From assembly GCA_013265495.1 (NCBI GenBank), contig MU057887.1:2327576-2391575 (forward strand): 64,000 nt of DNA, given 5' to 3'. The translations under genes and the position numbers were made by a program. A model generated the notes under the pieces. It was not told where the DNA came from, did no database searches, and saw only the letters and a list, made by a program, of their open reading frames with translations. The stretch comes from Vicugna vicugna (taxonomy: Eukaryota). Shown piece after piece: positions 23,921 to 36,079 of this stretch (positions are counted from its first letter, which is position 1; each line of letters opens with the position of its first letter).

Positions 23921-26399
23921 AAGGGTGAGGGAGGCGGCCGCAGTCCTGTGCAGACGTGCACCTCAGATATGTGCTTTACTGTATGTTGAGGTCACTTCAG
24001 CAGAGTGGTAGTGGAGACACTGAAGTTAAATATAATTAACCATGACAAGCCTTTCCCGGGTGCAGCTGCAGCCCCAGGGTCCGGGAGAGCGCCTGGCACG
24101 CAGGAAACACTCCACAGACGTGCGGTCACCGAAGCGGCCGTCGGAGAAGTGGCGGTGCCGACGGCGGCAGTGCTGGCGTCTTGCTTTCCCTTCTGAGCGC
24201 AGCAGGGCCGTCCCGGACACAGGCCAGTGCAGAAGCTGAGCGGCTCGGGTCTGGGGGGACCCAGGAAGTCCACCTACAGCTCTCCTGCTCTCACTCTGAC
24301 GTGCCAGGGCGCCTGGTGTTCCACACCCCCCTCCGCACCCTCCTGCCGGCCACCGGCTCAGGGGGCGGCTGCTCCCCACTGATGGTCCAGCACTCAGATG
24401 CAGGGGTGTGAGGCCGAGGGGCAGGATCCTTGCCGGGGGAGGGGTGGTGTCTCTTGCAGGAGGATCTTCAGAGGAGCGAGGAGCAGAGGAGGAGGATGGG
24501 GAGGAGGCTGACGGGCCGGAAGCAGTGCCTGACGCCCACCTAGAGCTCAGAAATGCTTTGCGAGGTTACTGAGTCCACTCAGGTGAGGCCTGGTACAGCC
24601 GGCTGCCCTGCCGTCAGCGTAAGGACAGCCACTCCCCACGGAGGACACGCGCGGCGGAGCTGCTGCGGCGAGACTTTCCCTCTCTGGTTGCAGTGACGGC
24701 CTCCCGCCCGCACACAATCACATGCCGCCCCCCTCCCTCACGCCCCACGCCATCACCGTGCGTGGAGGTCCTCTTTCAAGTGACCCTCTGGCTTAAACGC
24801 TGACTCGTCACCACAGAATCTAGCATCTCTTGCCCAGCCTCCAGGCCCTCTGGGCTGTGCTCCCTCCGTGTCCCACTCTCCTGCATGCCCTCCTCCCTCC
24901 TCCCCGAGCACTCAGATCCCAAGGGCAAGATGGCAGAGGGGTTGAAAGGCCTTGCTGCCAAGACTCCTCCAACTGCCCTGTGCCTCCGGGGATGACAGGC
25001 AGCCTCTCTAGGAATTCGATTCCTCAAATTCTCGTCTTTAAAGCATGTTGGAAACGGCGCATCCTTTGCTCATTCCGTGGCTCAGGAAGCACTCATGGAG
25101 CCTGGGCTGCACCGCCTGCGTGTCTCCAGGCGGCAGGGACAGGGCAGAGCAAAGCCAGGGTCCCGCCCTCCCTGAGGGGCGGCCCTGGAGGGGAGTCCTG
25201 GGGAACTGAGGGCAGTGTGTGCATGTCGGGGAAGAGCCTCCTGCAGAGGGTCCCGCCTCACCTCGGAGGGGAGGGCATCACTGGCTCAGAGGAAGCTGGA
25301 GGTCGGGGTCGGGGGGCGAGGGGAGGCGTCCAGAGAGGGGCGAGGGCCCTGCTGGGCTCTGCGGGCCCGTGGTGGCTTCAGGCCGCGCCCTCCTGTGCGT
25401 CTCCCGACCAGGCGGAGCCCCCAGGGCGCACTGGCCCCCGTGCCCAGCATCCCCCGCACACACGGCAGGTCTTCCCCAGGAAGGCTGCCCACCTGGGTGA
25501 TTACACGTCTCTTTCTTGTGAGAAATTGGATGTGGACCAATTATTTCTATTTCTAGTTGTTTCTAATTACAGTTCCCTATCTGGAAATCAATTTATAGTT
25601 TCCATGTTTTGCACTTGGCTCTGAATCCAGCCCACACTGGGCCGGAATTTCAGTTTGGAACTAAATGAAACGAAGCAGGAGTGAGGGAGATCTGAGGGAT
25701 CGTGTGCGCGCGCACGTGCGTGTCCAGGCGGCTGGTGCCGGTGGCACTCCTGCAGGGTGTTCTGCAGGGCTTTGCTTCCGGTGGACCTGGTGCGGGTTGC
25801 TAAGTAAGTCCATCCCAGGACATTCTGACTTCAGGACAGTGACTTTATATTCCAGAATTTACGCCCCTCTGGGAAGATGCTAAAGACCTCAGAGCGGGTG
25901 TTTCAGCCTGTGGGCTTGGGAGGCGCCACCTGCGAGGCCCAGGAGACAAGGTTTCCGCCGCTGAGCGTTTCCACGGGCAGCCGGACCCCCAGCCCCACCT
26001 CCTGCGCGGCTGGTCCCTCAGCCCCGGCACTAAGGGCTCTCACGCACTCCGAGCCAGTGGCAGACGATGACCAGGTCGCTGCTACGCCCTGTGCTCTAAT
26101 GAAGAGCCCCTATTATGCAAATACGGGTGATTATGACAGCCAGGGCTCCACTGCAGATTCATTCCCCGAGCCCAAAGTGGGCTTCCACCATGCTGGGGGC
26201 TGCTTCGACACGGGAAGATAGGAAAGCTCATTTCCGAGAGCACGCAACCCAGGAAAAAAAGATAATTAAGCACCTCGGAATTAATCTGAGGCCTTCCATA
26301 TTTCTCTCTTCTGACTCTCTATTGAAAGTTAGAGGGACCCGCCGACCTGTTTCTTTCTAGTCTACCAAATTACGAAGAAAAGAGAAAGAGACCCTCGCC

Positions 26400-27250
26400 C
26401 CAGGGGAATGAGATGCCATTTGTACTCAGGGTTCTTTGGACGCGGCAGATCTGGGCCTCCTGCTCTAAGCGGTCCTGGCCCCCCGGTGCCAGCTGGACGG
26501 TGGGGGTGGCGCGTCCTCCCGCTGGGGCACAGCGTCCTCAGGGGGCTTCACCCTGGCCCCTGGCTCCGCTCCCCACCCACGAGGCAAAATCAGATCAGTT
26601 TATTACCCGGGAGGCCAATGTGAATGTCCGCGGTGAGTTCTGGCGTTTGTCCTCCCCACAGAGGAACTGGAGGGCAGGGGTGCCCCCGGCCATCCTGTGC
26701 TGGGGGTGCCGGAGGCCCGCGGCGGGTCCGGAGTATTGGGCCAGGCGGGCGGGTCCGGCGCCTTCAGCCCCGCCCTCGCGCTCTCCCGGCCCTGCCAAAC
26801 TGGAAGCAGGCCTCCCTTTTCCGGGCCAGGCTGTGTCTGGGCCCCAGGAGCCTGGGCCCTCGCCCCAGGGTCCCGGCCGCTGTGTCCCGGGAGCCCAGGC
26901 CAGCCCGGCCTTGGCCACCAGAAAGGAGTCTGCCAGGGGTGCTGCTGAGCCGCCCCGCCGCTGCCGTGTGGGCACGGGCTCGCTGCCTGCCTCCCGGCCG
27001 CCCTCCTGGCCGTGCACTTTAGGGGGTGGCATCTGCGGGAAGGGGCGCACAGATGCTTCATTCTCTTCCCCTCTCTTGTGAAGCTTTGGCAAACATGTAG
27101 CAGCTTGGTAGGGACGCCTGAAGGGACCCCTGTCCTTCCCGCGGGTAGAGCCCCTTCGAGCAGCCCGGGTCAGACACGGGCGGGGGCTCCCGCAGGCTGC
27201 GTTGTCGGCCGGACTCTGAGATCCAGCCGCTCACCTGTGGCGTCTGCTTA
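26400..27250. promoter_or_regulatory. Secondary CpG/GC-rich island-like segment
   Basis: Dense CpG and GC-box-like motifs (e.g. ggcccgcggcgggtccgg, cagccccgccctcgcg); no repeat or gene recognised. Confidence 0.4.
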
Positions 27251-29969
27251 CCTGCCGCTCTTCTTTGATCAGGTTTGCCTGATGCATCATGAGCGCTTTT
27301 GATATGCAGATTCAGAAATTTCTTGAGCTCTGGAAAGTGTTCTACTTCTGTCTTGAAGGTTGCTTGTCTCCCGTGAAAACCATCAATGGTTCCTCTTTGC
27401 CACCAGAATGGAATCTGTCTTCCTCACCAGGGTCCTTCCCTCACCTTGGTCCTGGCCCCGAGCTCAGACTAGGCCCTGCCTTCCTCCCTCCAGGGCCAGG
27501 CTCCCCCGCCTCAGCCACTGGGGATTCCTCACTGCTCCTGACCACCATGGTGCACGAGGGACCCTGTGGTCCTCTGCTGTAGCTGCCACTGTGCGGACGC
27601 CTGGAGAGCAGACAGTGAGTGTTTGATGAATGAATCAACGAACACCTAAGTGAGAGAGCGAAAGGACAGTGGGTAACTCCTGGCCTGCAGGGAGGGTGCT
27701 CCCCCGTGGTCCGAGGACGTATGTCCTCATCATGGGCAAGGGACTGTCTTTCCAAATCAGCCACACTGAACACTCCAGAAAGCCTCTCATGATGAGGGAA
27801 GGAGGGAAGGAGGGAAGGAATTATAAATTTTTCACTAATAAGGAAGAATTTCAGAACTTCTACCTCACCTGCCACTGGACGCAGCCCCAGACCTTCAGGT
27901 GAGGCTGCAGGTTTGCCGTTTGAGGGGGCCGGACTCTCCAGGGGCCCCCATATGCCCCGCCTCCTGCTGTGGTCCCCCCACTTGAGTGTAGATTGGCTTG
28001 TGAGTATTGGGGTGTCACTTCTGCAATGATGTTACTTAAGATTGTGGGGGACCTTCTCCTCTCTGTCCTGGAATTCACCGTGTATGAGCTGCCCCACGGA
28101 GAGGGCCACGTGGCAGGGGCTGGGGCAGCCTCTGGACAGCAGACAGTGAGGGACCAGGCCCCGGTGGGACAGCCTACCAGGGGCTGAATGCTACCAACAG
28201 CCACGTGAGCCTGGCAGCAGATCCTCCCCCAGCCGAGCCTCAGAAGAGACCACAGCCCCGCCTGACGCCTCACTGCAGCCGTGCAAGGAGCATCCAGGCA
28301 GCGCCCCGAGCCTGGCCCGCGGTGCCCGTGCACAGCCCCAGGGCTGCCCCTCCCCGCCCGTCCGACGGCCATCCTCCGGGGCCGGAGAGCTTTCTTCTAA
28401 GGCGCTCCACCCCCAGCGCCTCTTGCCCAGGGTGTCTGGGGTTCCGGTCTTCCACGCACCCAGGCCTTTAAAGGGAGCTTTGCTGGTCTAGTGTGGACTC
28501 AGCAAAAAACTGCCTCCATATCTCAGCCATCGGGATTACACAGGTTTCCGCATGCTTGTATATTTTCTCGGTCTCATTTTTTTCACAGTTGGACAGAGGG
28601 GGAAAGAGTCGGATATGTGTCTTCAAGCATTTTCCCAGAACTTTAGAAAATATATACAGTGTCTGGTCTGAGAACACAGATAAATTTGAAGTTAAATCCC
28701 TAAAATTGAGACGCTGAACTACGACCACGCAGAGGCGGTGAAGCCAAGTCTTTTATTATTGATTCTGCCTTTATTTACATATCCTAGCTGGGAAGACGGT
28801 TACAGAGATGATAATAATCTTGGTTGCCGTCGCGCTGCTACTTCGTGCAGCATTTATCGATCATTTCCTGTACGACAGATCCTCTGTGAGGATGGGTAGA
28901 TCACAGGATTGATTCTTTTTTTTTAATCCTTGTAACAATCTGGCCCAAATCTGTAAATACACATTTTATAGACTTCCTGAAACTGCCTGGCTCTCTGTGG
29001 ATTTATCGCTTACCACCGACCATATTGCGCGAGGGGGAAAATTACTCCCCCAGTTCAGCTGACTCAGGGCACAGGGCGCCTCGGTACCCACAGCCCAGCC
29101 GCGAGAGCAGGGGTGTTCGCCCTGAACGCCAAACAGCCCCAGACAAATCCATCTTAGAACCGAGTGTCAAATACCCCACTTTCCACAATAAATGTCTCTC
29201 TTGAAAGTGCTGTGTAAATTGAATTTTTATAAATCAAGTCGTATTGTAAAGCCAGTAAGGAGGAGAGCTGTTTACGGGAAACTTGTTCACGCTCCTCTAC
29301 AGATGGAAGGAAACCAAGCCGCGGACAAGGGACTTGAGTTAACTTTATTTGCTGAGTCTTTTGAATCATCTTCCCAATATCAGGGCTTTTTTAAAAGCGG
29401 ATTGCTGGCTCTGATTTTACATCTGGAACCTCAGTGAAGCGGTGAACCTGAGTGTGTCTGGGCTCGGAAAATGGAGGCTGTTTACATCCCCGTGAAAGGT
29501 CTGCGGGAGGGACAGTCACTCACTGCCCACCCATCGGGCCCGACGGGCGCTGGGGCTCTGGCTCCGGACCCGCTCTCAGAGTCGCTGCTTCGCGGAGTAA
29601 AGCGAAGTCCTTCCCTTCCTGGCAGCTGACGTCCTCCGCGGAGCCGCACGCGCCGTTGCTGGCCCCTGACGACTGATCGGCGAGGAGTAAGGAGCCAGCC
29701 CGCCCGTGACCCGGCGTGCCAGCTCGTACAGGGGCAGTCACGGGGATCTGGTGATCGGCACGGAGACATTTCTCAGCAAGAAGATGTGCACCGTCTTTTG
29801 GTTTTAGAGAAGATGAGTGGCAGAAATCCAGTTTGATTGGCTAGAACTACACTGGGTAGAGGGCCTGTAGAGGTGGGTGGGGGTTCTGAGCCGGCTCCAT
29901 CCACCAGTCTCGGTCTCCACCTCCCTGCTGGGACATTCGTCTCCTTTCCTCTGAGGCTCATTGATGCTC

Positions 29970-30130
29970 TCACTCATTTCCGCAGGTGATATGCAGCACC
30001 TACTGTGCACCGTGAACCGTGTGAGCTCCTGGGAACACAGAAGAGAACGTCACCGGTGGTGTCCCCGTTTCACAGAATTAAAATGTAGCAGAAGACACCA
30101 GATCTGAAGCAAATCATCAGACTACTGACT
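29970..30130 (-). mobile_element. L2 3' end fragment
   Basis: 'cactcattt...gcagcacctactgtgcacc...ctgggaacacag' is typical of L2 3' in reverse. Confidence 0.55.
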
Positions 30131-31636
30131 TCAGTGGCGATTGATGCAGGGGTGAACAATTCATTGGAGGCATGACTTGCTGGCGGGAATCAAATCATAA
30201 CTTGCTTTTCGTCTCTCACAGTTCCTTTAATTACCAGTAGAGGGAGGGGTGCTTTGCCCGGCCCTCCCCCAGTGCAACCCAGGTCCCAGGACTTGTCTGC
30301 TCTGTAGAAATGACCTTATACTCTAAGTTGCAAAATGCAGTCTTGATTTAGAAATTAACACGCCTAATCTGCATATTATTTAACACTTTATTCCGAAGCA
30401 GCATCTCCCTTCCCTGCACCTGCCCCCCTGCTATGGCTGCTAGTGTCTGGGTCGTTGGGAAGGGAAGCTTCCATCAGGGTCCAGTCAAAACCAGAACCCA
30501 TTACAGGTGCTTCGACCAAGGAGTTCGGAGTCTATGAACAGGGTCCAGTGTGGAAACTGGGTGAGAAAGCGTGACTTTCCACAGTGATCTCCAAAGTCAA
30601 GTTTGTGCCCATCGACATGTAGGGCTTTCCCATGTTTTATGTGTTGCGTAATATTTAGTGACCTTTCCATGCACCGCATCTCAGACACATCACGATCAAC
30701 AGTCACCACTGAAGATGCCTGTGGCAGGAAGTGGTCTGTGCTTGGTCCCTTCTGCCCATTGTGGCAATGTGTCTGTCACTTGGCTGTTGCCTTCTGGTCG
30801 CTCCTTCTCAGGGTTCCATAATCTCCATTCTGTGGTGGTACCTCACCTCTCCCCCAGAAACTTGCCTCCCAAGCTGACCAGGAGCTCGTCGAGAGCACCT
30901 CTGCCCCTCCAGCACATGCCTTCTTAGCGAGTGTCCTCTGGACTCTCTGGGAGGGCCGTGGAGAAATGCAGGGAGCACAGCAAATCCACTCCAGCACCCT
31001 CGGTGCCCTCAGCCATTGATTTCCTTCCCCTACATTATGCCAGGGAAGGTTCTACAACGAGGCTGTCAGTGGTCCAAGGTTTAATCAATCAATCAATCAA
31101 GAAAATTGGTAGAAACTCTTTCAGCTTCTTGAGCTAATGCATTAAATCTAGAATCCCTGATGAGTACGCTGCTACTGGTGAATTTGGCCTGATCCCAATT
31201 TATCTTCCGTCCTCTTTGGGCTGACACCCTTCAAATTCATTTCCACACGTATTCCTCATATTTCTGCTAGTGAAAATTAGCGAGCTGTCATGATTCCTTC
31301 ATGCTGTAAAGACAGTGCACTTGCCCCCACTGAAGGGTGGCGAGATATGACTCTAGTTATAGGCTGAAGGGGTGAGAAGGGTGGCTTTGGGGAGGACAGG
31401 CATCCCTTACGAGTCACCCCCCTCAGGTGAGCGTGTTGCCAGGTCTTTACGTAAGGCTGAGTTAGAGACAGGAGGAGGGGCTGCTTCTGCCGTCAAGGGA
31501 CCCTCAGAGATGTTCAGGATTCTTGGCTTTACCTAGTCCACCCAGATGTGCCCATCGCAAAGCTCAGAGTCCCACTTCTTCCCAGTCGATTGGTAACTTA
31601 CATACAAGGGTCAGCAGGTATGTGAACTCAACTTAC

Positions 31637-31696
31637 AGTTCTGAAGCCCACACAGTTATCCTTTGCTCCGGATTCCCAGCAAGCTCCTCACCGCAG
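31637..31696 (-). other. Candidate internal exon (60 nt)
   Basis: Acceptor 'cctcctgcttcttgcag|', donor '|gtaagt'; one open frame (CGEELAGNPEQRITVWASE). Confidence 0.2.
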
Positions 31697-32959
31697 CTGC
31701 AAGAAGCAGGAGGTCGTTTCAGGGCTGTCCTGGAATCGCTTCGGTTCTCTGACATGACTTCAGTCGAGCCTCTGTAACCCTCAGTCTGTCATTTTTCCCC
31801 AGAAGCTCTACAATGCAGTAAAAGGAGAATTCTTACCCTAAAACCCTCCTGTTGTCTTTACCACGATGGCGACGAGCGAAGCAGCCGCCTGACTGCAGCC
31901 CTGGGTTCCTCGAGCGTTGCGTCGGGGCCAGAGACAGGGGGTTCTTTCCCCGTGAGCCCCGACTCACCGTGCAGTCAGTGGTGTCTGCGCGCCCAGTGCT
32001 GTGAGCTCAGCGTTGCGTTCAAGCCAAGGATGTGACCAAGCCAATTCCAGAGCCCCATCTTTCAGGGTCTGCTTCCTGGGCTGGAACCACTTCTGGGACT
32101 AAATGTTCTAACATCTGGGATTCAGTCAGGAAGATGCAACCTGCACAGGCACTTCAGCAGATGGGATTTAATCCAGGGGACTGGCGACACAGTATTAGAG
32201 AGCTGCAAGGGCGAACAGAGAACACGGTAGCAAGCCATGAATAACAACTGAAGCTTTAAAAAGTACAGCCCGCCCCCAGAATGGCAGACCAACAAGACAG
32301 AGGCTGGATGATCGGCTCCAAGGAGCTCGTAGAGCTGGGGATCAAAATTTGGAGGGTAGAGTATGTTCCAGCTGCTGCTGCACCTCTGGGGGAGCCCCAC
32401 CCTCTTCCCCTCTGTGTCTCCCGCCCCCCAGAGCAGAAGGCAGCTTTCGTCTGCCTGCTCACTGGGCTGTGTGTGCGGGGTTAGTTCGCGTTTCAGAGAG
32501 GAGGATAGAACTGGAGAGGCAAGGGTCGGTGGCTGGCCGAGGAGGTGGGATTTGCTCTCCAAAGAGAGGGAAGACCAGAGCTCAGAGAACGTGGGTGATG
32601 GCGGGGCTGGAAGACGAGCAGGATAAAGAGGGTTTTGAAGTTAATAGCCTATTATGACAAGAATATCGAGGGCAGAAGTGAAGAGAACATTTTGAAGGCA
32701 TTTTGCAGTGAATTCAGAATATAGCTTCCATCTCTCTGATGTCCTTTGAGAGAAGCAACAGCAAGGGTTTGAATAAAATTGAAATTGTTGTTCATTTCTT
32801 TCGTTTGGACCTCAGGCACAGAGAGGGCGCCTCACGTCCTGGGCTCATAGCTCGTTCGTTCCCACCCTGGGTTCAAGCAGGGCTCATGCCTTCACTTTAG
32901 TCAGTTTTCTCTTCCGAATGGCTGAGTCGCACAGCCATCCTTGGCTCTTGCCTTGGCAC

Positions 32960-33560
32960 CTGCACTCACGTGTTTGACATGTGCAATTATGTAGATGTGT
33001 AACTTTGAAAAACAGACAGTCTGTATATGCATGCACATATAAGAATATGTTTAAAAGTATGTAAAATATTGTGCCGTAAACCCCGTTTGGTTTTGTACAT
33101 CTCACACAAAGCACCACGTATTCGAGCGTCTTCTTTGTTGCTCTGTGGTTCATAATCACAGGTTCTGGCTGCTGCATAGAGCGTCATTGTGTATCCTTCA
33201 GTGTTATTCAGTCCCCAGAAATAGACATTCCAGCTTCCTGGAGACCCATGGTGCTGCCAAGGACCCAAATCCATGTGCGAATTTCTCTAGGGTCTGTATG
33301 TAGGAGGCTGATAGAACACAGTATTTCTTCCTTTCGTTCAATGGAGATATAATTCACATGCCATAAAATTTACCCTTATAAAATATACAATTCGGTGGTT
33401 TTTAATATGTTCACAAGTATGTGCACATCACCACAACCTAATTCCAGAGCATCTTTATTACCCCATAAAGAAGCCCTGCGCCCATTAGCAATCACGTTCC
33501 ATCCGCTCCACTCACACCCGGCCCCGCCAAGCTCAGGTCGGCTTTCTCATTGGATTTGCC
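32960..33560 (-). mobile_element. Old L1 3' end fragments (L1ME-like then L1MB-like)
   Basis: 'gagatataattcacatgccataaaatttaccctt...aatatacaattc...catcaccacaacctaattccagagcatctttattacccc' is an L1MB-type 3' terminus. Confidence 0.75.
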
Positions 33561-33589
33561 AAGGTTTCTTCCCTTTTAAAATTTTTGTT

Positions 33590-35640
33590 TATTAACTTTT
33601 GATGTTTGGATGACAGAAGTTAAATTAATCAATATCTCAGTTCATAAAACATGAGACTATTTATTTTATTTCTCCCTTTTTTTAGAAAAAAAAAGCAACA
33701 ATCCGTTTTCTCTCTGATCGCAGCCCTGCTTTCCCACTCATTAGCACCATTCAGGTGTATCGGGTTAACTGCGTTTGGTGTCACCTGTGATAAATGGTTA
33801 TACTCATGAAACAGTATTATTTTTTGCACATTGTTAAATGTACACAATGGTTTTGTTCTATAGTTTCTTAATTTCTCGCTCAACTCCACAGTCTGGAGAC
33901 GCCATCGTGCACGGTTAAGACTAGTTCTGTCTAAGGACCAGCCCATGGAGAGGAATCAGCCCACTGGACAAACTGCTGATTCCCAAGTCTGGGGCAGAAA
34001 CTATTAAGAAGAGCCTGGAGTATCTCCTCACACCTGACCGCGGAGACGCCACCGGAGACGACCTGGGTCACGTGAGATGTAATCAAAAAAGCCATTCTGA
34101 GGTCAATGAAGATATTAACCGCCATGCATGCACTGGAAACATAAAATAAGTTTAAATTTGTGAGTTCATAGTAATACTGAAAAAAACCCCTCATTATTCA
34201 ACCATGGAGCATGCAAGGGAATAAATGCACTTAACTTGAAACCTGGGAAGTACTGAGAAAGTGTCAACATTTGCTTGCTTGCTCTGTTTGACTTTACCTC
34301 GAGGTCACCAGGTAGTTGGTGAGGGGAAGTCTCCCCTTATAAAATGATTCCACCTAATGAGTAACTGAGAAATTATGAAATTTGAATATGCATTTTTTTC
34401 TTTTTTTGTGATTTAACATTTTTACAGATTATGCACCATACAAAGTTATAATATTATTGGCTGTGTTCCTGGTGTTATACATCACACCCCTGTGGCTTTT
34501 TTCTAATTGAAGTGTGGTCAGGTACAATGTGTCAGTTTCTGGTGCACAGCACAATGTTGCAGTCATGCGTACACATACATATATTCATTTTCATATTCTT
34601 TTTCATTAAAGGTTATTACAAGATATTAAATATAGTTCCCTGCGCTATACAGAATAAATTTGTTTTTTTAAAATCTATTTTTATATATAGACGCTAACAT
34701 TTGCAAATCTCAAACTCCCAGATTTATCCTTTCCCACCCCCTTTCCCCTGGTAACCGTAAGATTGTTTACTATGTCTGTGAGTCTGTTTCTGTTTTGTAG
34801 ACGAGTTCATTACTGTCCTTTTTTTTTTTTTTAGTTTCCACCATATGAGTGATATCATATGGTATTTTTCTTTCACTTAGAATTTTAAAACTGAACAGAT
34901 TAATGGATGTAGGCAATGATCATTGATATCACAAAATAAGAATTAACCAGACACTTAGTAGCTTATGCTAGAAATGCAAAGTGCCATCCATGAAATACTC
35001 TTGCAAAAAAGAACAAAACCTAAATCTGATTAACTTTCTAAACCTATCAATCTCCAGAAAATACAGAGCACATCTGAATATTCTAGGTGATTTTTATCAA
35101 GATGCAGTTAGCAAAATCTAAACTATGGGAAACAATATAAGACAGTCCTTCTGGTTTCTTCAAAAAATCTGATTCCCAGGAAAAAAGTTGTGAGGGAAAA
35201 CCCATCCAAATATTAAGAGCTTAATAGTGAAACTGACTGCAAAGTGTGGCTGTGTAAGTATATATGTACAAATACACTTACACAACCAAATGCACGGCTA
35301 GAAGCCATTCACAGAACAGCCAGGGAGATGCAAGCAGCAGCCGTGTATTTGATGATAGTAAAACCTGATTGTTGGAAATTGTGGAGTAGGGTTATAAGAC
35401 TGTGATATTTTCAAAAAGGGAAAACACCTTTCTGCATTGCATACCATAATACTTAAATGATGTAATTTGCCTCAATAATCGTATGAAACAAGACACGGTG
35501 AGGGCACAGAGGCAGAGGAGAAACATGGTCAGCTGAGAGGGGATTGTCGTAGAAGCTGGGGGATGACCACGAAGGGGTTCATGATACTGTTTCATCTTCG
35601 TGTATATTTGAAGTTCCTCTGATAAAGTGAAAAGTTAAAA
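33590..35640 (+). mobile_element. Old L1MC3/MC4-like 3' region, interrupted by younger L1 ends
   Basis: 'aaactgctgattcccaagtctggggcagaaa', 'aaaataagtttaaatttgtgagttcatagtaatact', 'aaaacctaaatctgattaa', 'gcagttagcaaaatctaaactatggga'. Confidence 0.65.
34500..34883 (-). mobile_element. Lineage-type L1 3' end nested in older L1
   Basis: Homologous to 13253-13650 ('attgaagtgtggtcag...tttctggtgcacag...ggttattacaagatattaaatatagttccctg...gagtgatatcatatggtatttttc'). Confidence 0.88.
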
Positions 35641-35820
35641 GAGCACAGCTTCTGAGAAGATCCTGATCTCAGTTCAGACCAGCCCTTTCCTCACTGTGTG
35701 ATGTGGGCACTCACTTCAGTTCTCAGCCTTCAGTTTCTTCATCTGTGAAGGGGAATGTGGCCACGGCTACTGCAGCTTTGTTTGAGGGTATTTGATCCAT
35801 ACACACAAAGCACGTAGAGT
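35640..35820 (+). mobile_element. MIR SINE
   Basis: 'cactgtgtgatgtgggcactcacttc...tcagccttcagtttcttcatctgtgaagggga'. Confidence 0.7.
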
Positions 35821-36079
35821 ATTGTCTGTCTTTTGCTGTGTGTATCCAGTTCATTGCTCCTGACTTCTGCAAAGCGGTTCATTGAATCTTTAACCACACA
35901 GCATAATCAATAGATATCCTCATTTCAGCCCTTGTACATGGGAGAGTTTCAGAGCAAGAAAGAGAAATGAGAGATGAACGGGAATGAAGAATGAGATTTC
36001 TGGACCATGGGGCATTTATATACTGAATTTCCCTGGTAACTGTCAAATGGTTTGTGGCTATGCCTGGATCGCCACGGAA

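Noticed and set aside
31861..31892. Kozak-context ATG mini-ORF MATSEAAA*
   Set aside because: Eight codons, with no supporting promoter or splice context; expected by chance in CpG-rich sequence.
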